Translations under genes and position numbers: made by a program
Origin: a bacterium
Lineage (GTDB): Bacteria > UBA8248 > JACPRG01 > G963555815
Direction of reading: 5' to 3'
Length of the DNA stretch: 64,000 bases
Assembly: GCA_965261595.1 (NCBI GenBank)
Contig: CBDHDG010000005.1
Location: 928,001-992,000, forward strand
Notes under the pieces: generated by a model
What the model saw: the letters and a program-made list of their open reading frames with translations, nothing else
The model's database searches: none
What the model was told of the DNA's origin: nothing
In this document: piece by piece, positions 40,112-50,734 of the stretch
Layout: each line of letters begins with the position of its first letter
How positions within the stretch are numbered: position 1 is the first letter of the stretch

Positions 40112-40795
40112 TTGCGGAAAGCCAAGCCGCTTGAAACCGAACACATCCCCGAGGCGACGGTCCATCGCCTGTCGATTTACGGCCGGGTGCTTCAGTTGAT
40201 GGAAGACGAGGGCCTGAGCATCGTCTCCTCGGCGATGCTGGCGAGCCGGTGTGGATTCAATCCCGCTCAGATCCGAAAAGACTTGGCGTACTTCGGCGGG
40301 TTTGGAATCCGGGGCCTGGGGTATCGGGTGCGCGAGCTGCGTGAAGCGCTGCGGCGCATACTGGGCGTCGCCCGGGTCTGGCGCGTGGCCCTGGTCGGGG
40401 CGGGGAACCTGGGGTCCGCCTTGCTGACGTATCGGGGATTCGACCAGCTCGGGTTCAAGATCGCCGCCATCCTGGATAAAGATCCCGCACGGACGCGCCT
40501 GGGACGGCTGAAGAACACCGAGGTGTTGGCGATGGACGCCCTGTCCGAGGTCGTCCGGAAAAGGGACATCCGGATTGGCATCATCGCGGTGCCCGCCGAG
40601 AGCGCCCAAGAGGTGGCGGACCGGCTCGTGAAGGCCAAGGTCAGCGCCATCCTCAATTTCGCCCCCATCCGCCTGGACGTTCCCGAGGATGTCAAGCTTC
40701 GGAACGTTGACCTTGGATTGGAGCTGGAAGGGCTCGCCTATTACCTCACGCAGGACAAGCACAATGCGCGGAAGCCGCTGCTCCGCGGCGCTTGA
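40112..40795 (+). CDS. rex: Redox-sensing transcriptional repressor Rex (start uncertain)
   Basis: IPEATVHRLSIY, QIRKDLAYFG.FG.RG.GY, GAGNLG, ILNFAP. Confidence 0.92.
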   Translation: MRKAKPLETEHIPEATVHRLSIYGRVLQLMEDEGLSIVSSAMLASRCGFNPAQIRKDLAYFGGFGIRGLGYRVRELREALRRILGVARVWRVALVGAGNLGSALLTYRGFDQLGFKIAAILDKDPARTRLGRLKNTEVLAMDALSEVVRKRDIRIGIIAVPAESAQEVADRLVKAKVSAILNFAPIRLDVPEDVKLRNVDLGLELEGLAYYLTQDKHNARKPLLRGA

Positions 40796-41519
40796 AAATC
40801 CTCCTGACGCCGGTCCTGTTTTGGGGATCGACACCGCCGGACGGAGCGGATCGGTCGCGATCGCCTCCGCCGGCAAGGTGGAGTTCCTCTCGCCCCTGAG
40901 TCCGGGTCGCACCTATGCGGAGGGCCTCGCCCCGGAAATCCTCCGAATGCTGGAGACTCTTTCGCTGGAGCCCGGCAACCTGTCAGGGGTGGCGGTGTCC
41001 GCCGGGCCGGGTTCGTTCACCGGATTACGCATCGCCATTGGAACCGCCCTGGGACTTGTCGGCGCTTTGGGCATCCCCCTGGTGGGCGTGGAGACGACGC
41101 GGGCGTGGGCGCTGGCCCTCGGCCCCCGGCCGGAGGGCCTCTGTCCGGTCCTGGACGCCGGGAAGGGGCTGGTGTTTGCGGCCTTTTTCAGTTGGGAGGA
41201 CGGGCGGCTCGTGCGGCGATCGGAGGATTTGGTGCTTTCCCCGGAGGCCCTTTGCGGGCGTTTGGAAGGTCCCACCTGGATTTGGGGGGACGGGGCCGAG
41301 CGGTTCGGCGAGGTCATCCGGCGGCTCGGGAAGGGGCGCGGCTGGCTGATTCTCCGGGAAGACTGGCCCGCCGCGGCGGGGGAAGTGGCCTTGTGCGGCG
41401 GGCGTCGAATCCTGCGGGGGGAGGTGAGCGCGCCCGCGGGTTTCCACCCCCGGTACGTCCGGGAAGCGGAAGCCAAGGTTCAGTGGGGGCTTCGCTATGA
41501 AGGGAAGCGCGGCCGGTAG
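40764..41519 (+). CDS. tsaB: tRNA threonylcarbamoyladenosine biosynthesis protein TsaB
   Basis: LGIDTA, GPGSFTGLRI, LDA, PRYVR. Confidence 0.88.
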   Translation: MRGSRCSAALENPPDAGPVLGIDTAGRSGSVAIASAGKVEFLSPLSPGRTYAEGLAPEILRMLETLSLEPGNLSGVAVSAGPGSFTGLRIAIGTALGLVGALGIPLVGVETTRAWALALGPRPEGLCPVLDAGKGLVFAAFFSWEDGRLVRRSEDLVLSPEALCGRLEGPTWIWGDGAERFGEVIRRLGKGRGWLILREDWPAAAGEVALCGGRRILRGEVSAPAGFHPRYVREAEAKVQWGLRYEGKRGR

Positions 41520-41615
41520 GAGGTGAAAGGTGATAAAATAAGGGGTTTCATAATTTTCGTCCGGTCTCTATATTGATCATCCGACCGGAGGCAAGGGGGG
41601 GAGAGGAGGAGAGTC

Positions 41616-41843
41616 ATGGACAGTGATGAACAGGAGTTGGTGGAGTCCATCAAGCAAAGGGATGTGGGGTTCTCCCGGTTGGTCGACCGGCATTCCGAGC
41701 TGGACGAGACCATCCGAAACCTGGAATGCAGAACGCACATATCGACTGCGGAGGAGTTGGAGATTCGGCGTCTGAAGAAGCTGAAGCTTCAGACAAAGGA
41801 CGAGATGAGCCAGGTGTTGAACCAGCACCGGATTCATTCCTGA
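41616..41843 (+). CDS. DUF465/YdcH-family small coiled-coil protein
   Basis: H.ELD..I, LKKLKLQTKDEM; SD GAGGAG. Confidence 0.75.
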   Translation: MDSDEQELVESIKQRDVGFSRLVDRHSELDETIRNLECRTHISTAEELEIRRLKKLKLQTKDEMSQVLNQHRIHS

Positions 41844-41912
41844 AAGGCGTCATCGACGCACCGTGACGGACTGTATTGTTCGGTGGTCTTTGAGGCGGCG
41901 GGAAGCGTCGGG

Positions 41913-43643
41913 ATGAGCGAGAAGTCTACAGGGGCGGAAATCTTTGTGCGGAGCCTGGCCGCCGAGGGCGTGAAGCACGTCTTCGGTTACCCGGGAGCGA
42001 CGCTTTTGCCCATCTACGACATGATGGAAAGGCATGCCATCCGGCACATCATGACGCGTCACGAGGCGGGATCGGTTCACGCGGCGGAAGGCTACGCCCG
42101 GGCCGCCGGCCGGGTGGGCGTTTGCCTGACCACCTCCGGACCGGGGGCGACCAACCTGGTGACGGGCATCACCGACGCCTTCATGGATTCCGTCCCCCTG
42201 GTGGCCTTTACCGGACAGGTCCCCTCCGCCATGATCGGCAATGACGCCTTTCAGGAAGCGGATATTGTCGGAATCACCCGGACCGTCACCAAGCACAATT
42301 ACATGGTGAAGGACGTCACCGAGCTGGCCAGAACGATGAAAGAGGCCTTTCACATCGCGGCCACCGGCCGGCCGGGGCCTGTTCTGGTGGATTTGCCCAA
42401 GGATATCCTTGGCGCCAAGGCTGAATTCGTTTACCCCGACAAGGTGGAGCTGCGCTCCTACAAGCCGACGCTGGTGGGCCATGCCCGCCAGATCCGCCGG
42501 GTGGCCGAGGCCATCAAAGAAGCCGAAAGACCTGTCCTCTACGCCGGCGGCGGGGTCATCATCTCCGGAGCCGCGGACGAGCTTCGCAAGTTGGCCGAGA
42601 AGACCCGAATCCCGGTCACCCTCACCCTCATGGGCCTCGGGGGGTTTCCCGGCGATCACCCATTGTTTCTGGGGATGCTGGGAATGCATGGGACCGCTTA
42701 CGCCAATTACGCCGTCACGGAATGCGACCTGCTGATCGCGGTGGGGGCGCGCTTTGACGACCGGGTCACCGGGCGGCTGGACACCTTCGCGCCGCACGCC
42801 AAGGTCGTTCACATCGACATCGACCCCGCGTCCATCAGCAAGAACGTCCAGGTGGACATCCCCGTGGTGGGGGACGCCCGAAACATCCTTCGAGCGTTGA
42901 ACAAGATCGCCCCCAGGAGGCGCGCGGCGGGCTGGCTGAAGCGGATCCAGTCCTGGAAGGAAGCGCGGCCGCTCGATTCAGAAGAGGGCGAGGGGGAGAT
43001 CAAGCCGCAGCAAGCCATCCGCGCCCTCCTGGAAGCGTGCGATGAGGACACCGTCATCACAACCGACGTCGGTCAGCACCAGATGTGGGCGGCCCAGCAC
43101 TACACGGTGAAGAAGCCGCGGACCTTCATTTCCTCCGGGGGCCTCGGGACGATGGGATTCGGTTTCCCGGCGGCCTTGGGGGCGCAGATCGCGCTGCCGG
43201 GCGCCCGCGTGGTCGCCATCCTGGGAGACGGCGGCTTTCAGATGGTCGCCTGCGAGATGGCGACCGCAATTCAATATGGTCTGCCGGTCAAGGTGTTCCT
43301 GCTGAACAATTTCTTTCTGGGCATGGTCCGCCAATGGCAGGACCTGTTCTGGAACAAGCAGTACCTGAACACCGACTTGGCGGTGAATCCGGACTTTGTG
43401 CTGCTGGCCGAGGCCTACGGGGCGAAAGGCGTGGTGATCAAAAGCCCCGGGCGCCTGAAGAAAGACTTGAAGGAGGCCCTCGCGATTCCCGGGCCTGTCG
43501 TGATTGATTGTCAAGTGAGCAAGGAAGAAAACGTTTTTCCAATGGTCCCGGCCGGAGGGGGCATGGGAGACATGATCTTCTCCGGCGACCCGATCGGAAA
43601 ATCCGGGGGGAGCAAACGCCGCAAAAAGGCGGCGGCGGGCTGA
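41913..43643 (+). CDS. ilvB: Acetolactate synthase large subunit (copy 1)
   Basis: FGYPG, RHE, TSGPGATN, RFDDRVTG, DVGQHQMW, GDGGFQM. Confidence 0.93.
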   Translation: MSEKSTGAEIFVRSLAAEGVKHVFGYPGATLLPIYDMMERHAIRHIMTRHEAGSVHAAEGYARAAGRVGVCLTTSGPGATNLVTGITDAFMDSVPLVAFTGQVPSAMIGNDAFQEADIVGITRTVTKHNYMVKDVTELARTMKEAFHIAATGRPGPVLVDLPKDILGAKAEFVYPDKVELRSYKPTLVGHARQIRRVAEAIKEAERPVLYAGGGVIISGAADELRKLAEKTRIPVTLTLMGLGGFPGDHPLFLGMLGMHGTAYANYAVTECDLLIAVGARFDDRVTGRLDTFAPHAKVVHIDIDPASISKNVQVDIPVVGDARNILRALNKIAPRRRAAGWLKRIQSWKEARPLDSEEGEGEIKPQQAIRALLEACDEDTVITTDVGQHQMWAAQHYTVKKPRTFISSGGLGTMGFGFPAALGAQIALPGARVVAILGDGGFQMVACEMATAIQYGLPVKVFLLNNFFLGMVRQWQDLFWNKQYLNTDLAVNPDFVLLAEAYGAKGVVIKSPGRLKKDLKEALAIPGPVVIDCQVSKEENVFPMVPAGGGMGDMIFSGDPIGKSGGSKRRKKAAAG

Positions 43644-43696
43644 ATCGCGCTTCCGGCGCAGGCCCGAACAGGCCGCAAACTGGAAAGGGTCCGACC

Positions 43697-45376
43697 GTGA
43701 GAAAGACCGGATCGGAAATCATCATTGAGGAGATGAAAAGGCAGGGGGTGGAAGTCACGTTCGGAATGCCGGGCGGGACCATTATGCCCTTCTACGACGC
43801 CCTGTACGGAAGCGGCATCGAACACATTCTCATCCGGCACGAACAGGGGGCGGCCCTCGCGGCCGACGGCTACGCCCAGAGCACGGGGAAGGTGGGCGTC
43901 TGCATGGCGACCTCGGGACCCGGGGCGATCAACCTGCTGACGGGTCTCCAGCATTCCCTGATGGATTCGGCGCCCATCGTCGCGCTGACCGGCCAGGTGG
44001 CGACCGCCATGATCGGCAGCGATGCTTTCCAGGAAGCCGACGTGTACGGAATGAGCATCCCCTGCACCAAGTACAACTACCTGGTCAAAGAGATCGCCGA
44101 TCTTCCCCGGGTGATTCGCGAGGCCTTTCACATCGCCCGGAGCGGCCGGCCGGGTCCGGTCTTGATTGATGTCCCCAAGGATATCCAGATCGATTCGGTC
44201 GAGTACGACCCCGACGCCGATCACAAAACCTCGCTGGTGGAGTACGAGCCGCCTGTCGAGGTGGACCCGGAAGGCATCGCCCGAATGTGCGAGGCGATCC
44301 GCAACGCCCGCCGTCCGGTGATTTACGCCGGCCATGGAATCATCCTGTCCGGGTGTTCGGACCTCCTGCGCCAGTTTGTCCGGAAGACACAGATCCCCAT
44401 TACGACGACGTTGCTGGGCCTGGGGATTTACCCCATTGCGGATCCGCTCTGCATGGGCATGCCGGGGATGCACGGAAGCCACACGGTCAACTACGCCCTG
44501 TCGGAGACCGATTGCTGCATCGCGCTCGGCGTGCGGTTCGATGACAGAGTCACCGGAGACGTGCGCCAGTTCGCCTCCAAGGCGACCATCTGTCACGTGG
44601 ACATTGATCAGGCCGAGATCGGCAAACGTATCCGGCCCCACATTTCTCTGCACGCCGATGTCGGGGCGGCGCTCGAGTGCCTCGTCCGCGAGGTGGAGCC
44701 GGGTGATTACACCGTTTGGCGGGAAGAGCTGGCCGAGAAGGGTCGCCGCTACCCGCTCAAGTACGACTGGGACGGAACCATCAAGCCCCAATATTTCCTC
44801 GAGCAGTTATTCGAGGTGGCGGGGACCGACTTGATCATGAGCACGGGCGTCGGCCAGCACCAGATGTGGGCGGCGCAGATCTATCCCTTCGACAAGCCCC
44901 GGATGTGGCTCACCTCCGGCGGACTCGGGGCCATGGGCTACGGTCTGCCGGCCGCCATCGGCGCCCAGGTCGCCCACCCCGACAAGCTCGTCGTCAACAT
45001 CGACGGAGACGGCAGCTTCCAGATCAACATCCAGGAGCTGGCCACGATTGACCAGTACGGTCTCCCCGTCAAGACCTTCATCCTCAACAATCAGTACCTG
45101 GGGATGGTTCGCCAGTGGCAGGAGTTCTTCTTTGAAAAACGCTATTCCGAGAGCCACTACACCCGAAATCCTGACTTCGCCAAGGTGGCCGAAGGGTTTG
45201 GAATCCGGGGCATGCGGGTCAAGGAGGTGGATGAGGTCCGGCCGATGCTGGAAGAGGCCATCGCCCATGACGGACCGGTCGTGATGGACGTGTTCATCAA
45301 CCAAGAGGAAAACGTTCTGCCAATGGTCCCATCGGGCGCCGGTCTGATGGAGATGATCGAGGAGAATTACGGCTGA
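43697..45376 (+). CDS. ilvB: Acetolactate synthase large subunit (copy 2)
   Basis: FGMPGG, RHEQ, TSGPGA, RFDDRVTG, GVGQHQMW, GDGSFQ. Confidence 0.93.
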   Translation: MRKTGSEIIIEEMKRQGVEVTFGMPGGTIMPFYDALYGSGIEHILIRHEQGAALAADGYAQSTGKVGVCMATSGPGAINLLTGLQHSLMDSAPIVALTGQVATAMIGSDAFQEADVYGMSIPCTKYNYLVKEIADLPRVIREAFHIARSGRPGPVLIDVPKDIQIDSVEYDPDADHKTSLVEYEPPVEVDPEGIARMCEAIRNARRPVIYAGHGIILSGCSDLLRQFVRKTQIPITTTLLGLGIYPIADPLCMGMPGMHGSHTVNYALSETDCCIALGVRFDDRVTGDVRQFASKATICHVDIDQAEIGKRIRPHISLHADVGAALECLVREVEPGDYTVWREELAEKGRRYPLKYDWDGTIKPQYFLEQLFEVAGTDLIMSTGVGQHQMWAAQIYPFDKPRMWLTSGGLGAMGYGLPAAIGAQVAHPDKLVVNIDGDGSFQINIQELATIDQYGLPVKTFILNNQYLGMVRQWQEFFFEKRYSESHYTRNPDFAKVAEGFGIRGMRVKEVDEVRPMLEEAIAHDGPVVMDVFINQEENVLPMVPSGAGLMEMIEENYG

Positions 45377-45377
45377 C

Positions 45378-45884
45378 ATGAGGCAGATGCTATCCATCCG
45401 CGTTCGGAATCACCCTGGGGTGCTCTCCCATGTGGCGGGCCTGTTCACGCGCCGGGCCTTCAATATCGAGAGCATCGCCGCCGGTCCCACCGAGGACCCG
45501 GAGATCACCCGGATCCACCTGATCGCCCAGGGCGACGAGGGCCAGCTGGCTCAAGTGACCAAGCAGATCCGAAAGCTGATCGACGTTCTGGAGGTTGAAA
45601 ACCTTGCCTACGGGAGCGCGGTCACCCGTGAGTTGGTGCTTGTCACGGTCTATTCCACCCACGAGACCCGAAGAGACATCCTGCTGATTTGCCAGACCTT
45701 GGGCGCACGGGTGGTGGACCTGTCCTCGAAGGTGGTCACCATCGAATTCACCGGCAACGAGCGCCAGATCACCAACGCTGTACGAATGATGGAGCGGTTC
45801 GGGATCAAACGAATCGCCCGGACCGGAATGATCGCCCTGCCTTTCGAAAGTCTCTTGGAAGAGGGGCGGGAAGTCTTGAGCTGA
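45378..45884 (+). CDS. ilvN: Acetolactate synthase small subunit (divergent copy)
   Basis: [33 protein letters not shown]. Confidence 0.88.
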   Translation: MRQMLSIRVRNHPGVLSHVAGLFTRRAFNIESIAAGPTEDPEITRIHLIAQGDEGQLAQVTKQIRKLIDVLEVENLAYGSAVTRELVLVTVYSTHETRRDILLICQTLGARVVDLSSKVVTIEFTGNERQITNAVRMMERFGIKRIARTGMIALPFESLLEEGREVLS

Positions 45885-45888
45885 AGCG

Positions 45889-46395
45889 ATGAAGGAAGCC
45901 TCCAAGAGGCACACCGTCGCCGTTTTGGTGGAGAACCGCTTCGGCGTCTTGGTCCGCGTGGCCGGCCTGTTCAGCGCGCGCGGCTACAACATCGAAAGCC
46001 TCTCCGTCGGAGAGACGCAGGAACCGGGCGTTTCGCGGATCACCATTGTCACGACGGGCGACGACTTGATCGTCGAAAAGATCATCAAGCAGCTTCACCG
46101 GTTGATCGACGTCATCAAAATTATCGATCTGACCGATGAGCCCTTCGTCGATCGGGAGATGGCCCTGATCAAAGTCAGCGCGGATCCTTCCGTCCGGGCC
46201 GAAGTCCTCCGCATCGCCGACATCTTCCGGGCAAAGATTGTTGACGTGTCTCCGAAGACCTATACCATAGAGATCACCGGCGACGAGGGGAAGATTCGGG
46301 CGATCCTGGAGCTCCTTCGGCCCATCGGCGTCAAGGAGATCGCCCGCACCGGAAAGGTGGCGATCGCCCGTGGAAATCGGACCCTTTCCGTCTGA
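45889..46395 (+). CDS. ilvN: Acetolactate synthase small subunit
   Basis: [36 protein letters not shown]. Confidence 0.92.
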   Translation: MKEASKRHTVAVLVENRFGVLVRVAGLFSARGYNIESLSVGETQEPGVSRITIVTTGDDLIVEKIIKQLHRLIDVIKIIDLTDEPFVDREMALIKVSADPSVRAEVLRIADIFRAKIVDVSPKTYTIEITGDEGKIRAILELLRPIGVKEIARTGKVAIARGNRTLSV

Positions 46396-46452
46396 CCGCC
46401 TCTTCCCGCCCCCACGCCTTGCCCGGCTTTACCGCCAGCTGGATGTCTGACC

Positions 46453-47100
46453 ATGCGCGTGCCTTTGGCCAAAGATGCTTTCCCGTATCTGGGCGCGGGG
46501 GTGTTTCTGACCGGGGTTTCAGCGCTTGCGGGATGGCCCGGGGCGGCTTGGCCGCTTGGCTTGTTGACGGCGTTCGTGGCCTATTTCTTCCGGGACCCGG
46601 ACCGCACGCTCCCCCGGGATGCGGACGCGGTGTTGGCGCCGGCCGACGGCCGGGTTGTTGATGTCCGAACGGAAGAAGACGGCGGAATCCGGATGAGCAT
46701 CTTTCTCTCGGTGTTCAATGTTCACATCAACCGTTCGCCGGTCCTCGGCCGGGTGGTCGCCACGGAATATCGGGCGGGCAGATTTCTGGCCGCGTTCCGG
46801 CCGGAGGCGTCCGCGGAAAACGAACAGAACATGATTCGTATCCTTCCGGAGGATCCTTCGGAAGGCCAAAGAGGAGAGGTGGGGGTGCGGCAGATTGCCG
46901 GCGCCATCGCCCGCCGGATTGTTTGTTGGACGAATGTCGGAGACTCCCTCCGGGCGGGGGAGCGCTTGGGTCTCATCAAGTTCGGCTCCCGGGTGGACCT
47001 GTTCCTGCCGCCGGGCGTCAAGCCGACGGTGTCGGTCGGGGATCGGGTGCGCGGCGGATCGGACATCGTTGCACGCTGGGAGAAAGCCGGTGAGCCGTAA
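46453..47100 (+). CDS. psd: Phosphatidylserine decarboxylase proenzyme
   Basis: FFRDP, APADG, FNVHINRSP, IKFGSRVD. Confidence 0.92.
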   Translation: MRVPLAKDAFPYLGAGVFLTGVSALAGWPGAAWPLGLLTAFVAYFFRDPDRTLPRDADAVLAPADGRVVDVRTEEDGGIRMSIFLSVFNVHINRSPVLGRVVATEYRAGRFLAAFRPEASAENEQNMIRILPEDPSEGQRGEVGVRQIAGAIARRIVCWTNVGDSLRAGERLGLIKFGSRVDLFLPPGVKPTVSVGDRVRGGSDIVARWEKAGEP

Positions 47101-47878
47101 AAGACATCGAATCCAAGGCGGGCGAAGCCGGATGCGCCGGGGGATATTCCTCGTTCCGAGCTTGTTTACGACGGCCGGCATGGTGGCGGGGATCTATGCG
47201 TTGCTGGCCGCCGTGAATGGGTTGCACTACAAAGCGGGGGCGGCCATCTTCATCGCCATGATCCTGGACAGTCTGGATGGAAGGATCGCGCGGTGGACGA
47301 GCAGCAGCACCCCCTTTGGAAAAGAATACGACTCGCTCTCGGACCTCATGGCTTTCGGCGTGGCGCCCGCGGCGTTGCTTTATTCCTGGGCGCTCCGCCC
47401 TTTTGGACGGATTGGCTGGGTTGGGGTGTTTCTGTTCGTAATTTGCGGGGCGCTGAGGCTTGCGCGGTTCAATATTCAGTCGGATTCGGATAACCGGGGA
47501 CGGTTTACGGGCCTGCCCATTCCGGCGGCCGCCGGAATAGTCGCGGCCTCGGTCATGCTGATTGAGGAGTTTTCGCTCTTTGCCTCCCCGCCCGCTTTGG
47601 CGGCGGCCGTTTTGGCCTATGTGCTGGCCTTTTTGATGGTGAGCAACCTTCCATATCCGGATTTCAAGACGGTCGGCTGGAAGGATAGAAAGCCTTTCAA
47701 CCTCCTGGTGGGATCGGTCTTGATTCTGGTGGTGGTGGCCACATTTCCCCATGTAACGCTTTTCCTCGGGCTTTCGTGCTACGCCCTGTTGGGACCCATC
47801 GAAGGCATCCTGAGCTTCTTCCGGCGGAACCGGAAACAGGATGTAACCGAACATGCTGGAAACCCAACGAATCTGTAA
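47090..47878 (+). CDS. pssA: CDP-diacylglycerol--serine O-phosphatidyltransferase
   Basis: DSLDGRIAR, DSLSD..FGVAP, LRLARFN, GLPIPAAA. Confidence 0.92.
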   Translation: MSRKRHRIQGGRSRMRRGIFLVPSLFTTAGMVAGIYALLAAVNGLHYKAGAAIFIAMILDSLDGRIARWTSSSTPFGKEYDSLSDLMAFGVAPAALLYSWALRPFGRIGWVGVFLFVICGALRLARFNIQSDSDNRGRFTGLPIPAAAGIVAASVMLIEEFSLFASPPALAAAVLAYVLAFLMVSNLPYPDFKTVGWKDRKPFNLLVGSVLILVVVATFPHVTLFLGLSCYALLGPIEGILSFFRRNRKQDVTEHAGNPTNL

Positions 47879-47883
47879 GTTGC

Positions 47884-47923
47884 ATGTCAACTCCTTGACA
47901 TTTCCTTCGATTTGTCATAGTAT
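47884..47923 (+). promoter_or_regulatory. Sigma70 promoter for lptD with palindrome over the -35
   Basis: TTGACA-N17-TAGTAT; ATGTCAA-CTCC-TTGACAT. Confidence 0.6.
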
Positions 47924-48028
47924 CCTACTGAAAGCTAAAAGCTTACCGTTTGCCACGCGCCTGATGGTGTGGCCCTTTGATTTCTTGGCCTGACCGCTTT
48001 TGTCGGGTTCGGGAAGAGCGGATCATTC

Positions 48029-50299
48029 GTGAGAAAGTATTTCTGGGCCGTTTTGGGTTGGTGTTTCATCTGGGGCTGGGTTTTCGCTCCTTCCGGATGG
48101 GCGCAATTCAGTCCGAAGCTCATTGCGCCCGCCATCCCCGGGCGGCCTCAACAACCCGCCCGGCGCTCCTCGACCCCATTGCTCCCGTTGGCCCCCGCGA
48201 CGTCCACGCTCGCCCAAAAAAAACCCGCGCCGCGCGGAATCCCTCCACAGGTTCTCCTCCCCGGGGAGGAGACCACCATCCGGGCGGACTCTCTCACCGA
48301 GGATTCCGAACGCAAGGTTGTCGTCGGAGAGGGGTTTGTGGATGTGCGGTTCCTGGGCAACCGTCTCCAAGCGGACCGGGTTGAGATCAACACCGGGACA
48401 GGCGACGGGGTGGCCTCGGGCAATGTGGTGTTCCAGGACAAGGGAAACCGCCTTGTTTGCAACCGGATTGAGTTCAATATCCGCCGCCAGCAAGCCGTTC
48501 TTTACGGCGCTCGCGGGGAATTGGGCCGGGAGTACAAAGTTTCCGGAGAGCGGATCGAGCGTCACGACGCAAGGCATTACCGGATCCTGGACGGTTCGCT
48601 CACCACCTGCAAAGGCCCCGTTCCGGAGTGGCAGTTCCGGTCCCGTTCGATGGATATCACCCTGGAGGAGTTTGCTTTTATCCGTCAGCCGACGTTCTGG
48701 GTGGTGGGATTTCCGGTGGGGTATCTTCCCTACTTGATCGCTCCGATCAAGACGAAGCGCTCCACCGGCTTCCTGGTGCCGATCATCGGAACCAGCACGC
48801 GGGACGGTTTCAAGTACGACCAGGAGTTCTTCTGGGCCTTTTCCGATCACGCCGATGCCACCTTCGGTCTCGAATATCGGAAGAACCGGGGGTTCATCCC
48901 CCAGGCCGAGCTCCGGTATCGGTTGAGCGGGACAACCCGGGGAACGGCGGATGTCAAGTTCCTGGACGATGACTTATCGAAAGAGACCTTTTACCGCATC
49001 CGCGCGGAGCACCAGCAGGAGTTCGGCGAGAAGTTCACCGGATTTTACCAAGTCGAGCGGGTGAACAACCTGGATTTCGATTCGACGTTCGAAGAGGACC
49101 TGGGAATTCGGACCCGGCGCAATGTGGAATCGAGGGTCAATCTTCAGAAGAATTGGGACATCGCTTCGGCCCGTTTCTTTAGTCAGTTTCTGGACTCCGC
49201 CGAGGAGAGCCGGAGTGAGTTCTTTCAGCGGGCCCCGGACTTCAACTTCAACCTGAGCCCCTCGATCGGAAAGCTCGGACCCCTCTCGATCAGTCCGTCG
49301 GTCCAGACGTCCATTGTCCGGTTCAACCGGCGGCAGGATAGAGAAGACGAGTTTTGGCGGATGGATACGGCGTCCAGGCTTTCAATCCCGATTCCGGACA
49401 TGAAGTGGCTGACTTTCAGCCCCTTCATGGAGGGCCGCTTCACGTACTACACCAACGGGCGCGAGGCGGGGAACCGAAGCCGGAAATCCGGATCTTTCTC
49501 CAGGGAGCTTTGGGCCGCGGGCCTGAACGCGGCGGGTCCGAAGCTCTTTCGGACGTACCCATTGGGGTTTCAACGACTGCCTGCCGTCAAACACCTGACC
49601 CAACTGAACGTGTCTTATTTCTACCGTCCGGATATGGACGGAAAAGACCGCGGAAAGATCGTTCAGATAGATTCGCTGGACGAGTTTGGCCCGGAGAATT
49701 TGCTCTCGTACTCCTGGGAGCACCGCCTGCTCGCGAAGGTTCAATCGGGACGCGATGCCTTCGAGAATCGGGACGTGTTGAATATGGCGGTCTCCCATTC
49801 ACTCGATGTGGATAAACTTCAAGGGGGTGAAGACAGACCCCTGTCGGAAGTTTCGTTTCGCCTCGAATCGAAACCCTTCCGTCTGTGGCGGATCGGTTTT
49901 GACACCCGTTACAATATTTACGATAGTGAATTTCCCTCCTACGGCGTCAGTCTGGATCTGCGGGAAGGGCGGGACTGGTTCCTGCGTCATGAGGTCCGGT
50001 TTCGGGATCAGAAGGGCGAGGGGAATCAGGATAAGTTGACCAATGTCCTCTCGGGCGGGTTCCGGTTCCTGAAGGTCCTCTTCCTGGAGGGCGGCGCCCG
50101 TTGGACGGGGGAAGATCCCGAGCTTTTGGAAAAGAACATCCTCTTCCGCTTTCAAGGATGCTGCTGGGGCTTCACCCTCGAGTTTGTGGATAGGGATGAC
50201 GAGACCCTCTTCCAGTTCGGTTTCAATCTGGTGGGCCTGATTGGTGATGAAGGCTCTCCGGTCTTCAAGTTCGGCCGCTCTGTGGCGACGCCTGAGTAA
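48029..50299 (+). CDS. lptD: LPS-assembly protein LptD
   Basis: Signal peptide, OstA-like N-terminus (LQADRV), TTC, RSTGFL.P, C-terminal CCW. Confidence 0.85.
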   Translation: MRKYFWAVLGWCFIWGWVFAPSGWAQFSPKLIAPAIPGRPQQPARRSSTPLLPLAPATSTLAQKKPAPRGIPPQVLLPGEETTIRADSLTEDSERKVVVGEGFVDVRFLGNRLQADRVEINTGTGDGVASGNVVFQDKGNRLVCNRIEFNIRRQQAVLYGARGELGREYKVSGERIERHDARHYRILDGSLTTCKGPVPEWQFRSRSMDITLEEFAFIRQPTFWVVGFPVGYLPYLIAPIKTKRSTGFLVPIIGTSTRDGFKYDQEFFWAFSDHADATFGLEYRKNRGFIPQAELRYRLSGTTRGTADVKFLDDDLSKETFYRIRAEHQQEFGEKFTGFYQVERVNNLDFDSTFEEDLGIRTRRNVESRVNLQKNWDIASARFFSQFLDSAEESRSEFFQRAPDFNFNLSPSIGKLGPLSISPSVQTSIVRFNRRQDREDEFWRMDTASRLSIPIPDMKWLTFSPFMEGRFTYYTNGREAGNRSRKSGSFSRELWAAGLNAAGPKLFRTYPLGFQRLPAVKHLTQLNVSYFYRPDMDGKDRGKIVQIDSLDEFGPENLLSYSWEHRLLAKVQSGRDAFENRDVLNMAVSHSLDVDKLQGGEDRPLSEVSFRLESKPFRLWRIGFDTRYNIYDSEFPSYGVSLDLREGRDWFLRHEVRFRDQKGEGNQDKLTNVLSGGFRFLKVLFLEGGARWTGEDPELLEKNILFRFQGCCWGFTLEFVDRDDETLFQFGFNLVGLIGDEGSPVFKFGRSVATPE

Positions 50300-50485
50300 A
50301 GAGGCGGCGCGGATCCGTCCCGAGGGTGAGCGCGGGCCCTCCTGATTTTTCGGGCCGCGATGTGCGTCGATTCGATCTCGGTTCGACGCGATGCCGGGAA
50401 TGGGCGCCGGTCGATTTCGGGCCGGGCCTTGGGAAAGTCCGAAGAAACGGCCCGGTGTCTCACCTGTCTTGAACCCATACATCCA

Positions 50486-50514
50486 TTGCGCGGGAACCGG
50501 CCAGGGGGTAGAAT
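50486..50514 (+). promoter_or_regulatory. Candidate sigma70 promoter for fba-fbp
   Basis: TTGCGC-N17-TAGAAT. Confidence 0.45.
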
Positions 50515-50734
50515 CACTTAGTCGCATCCGCGCCCGAGGGCTTTTCGCAACGTCCGGCGCCGATATTTTGACTTGTTTTTTTTCGCCGGTTCGGTTAACC
50601 GATTCTCTTCGTGATATTTTCAACCTTAGCGATGTGCGTTCATTCCCGTCGTGGAACCCATGGGGGCGTGGAGCGGGGATGAGTACTCATAATCGGTTCG
50701 ATCCATTCGGCGGGGACTTCTTGGAGGGAGAAGT

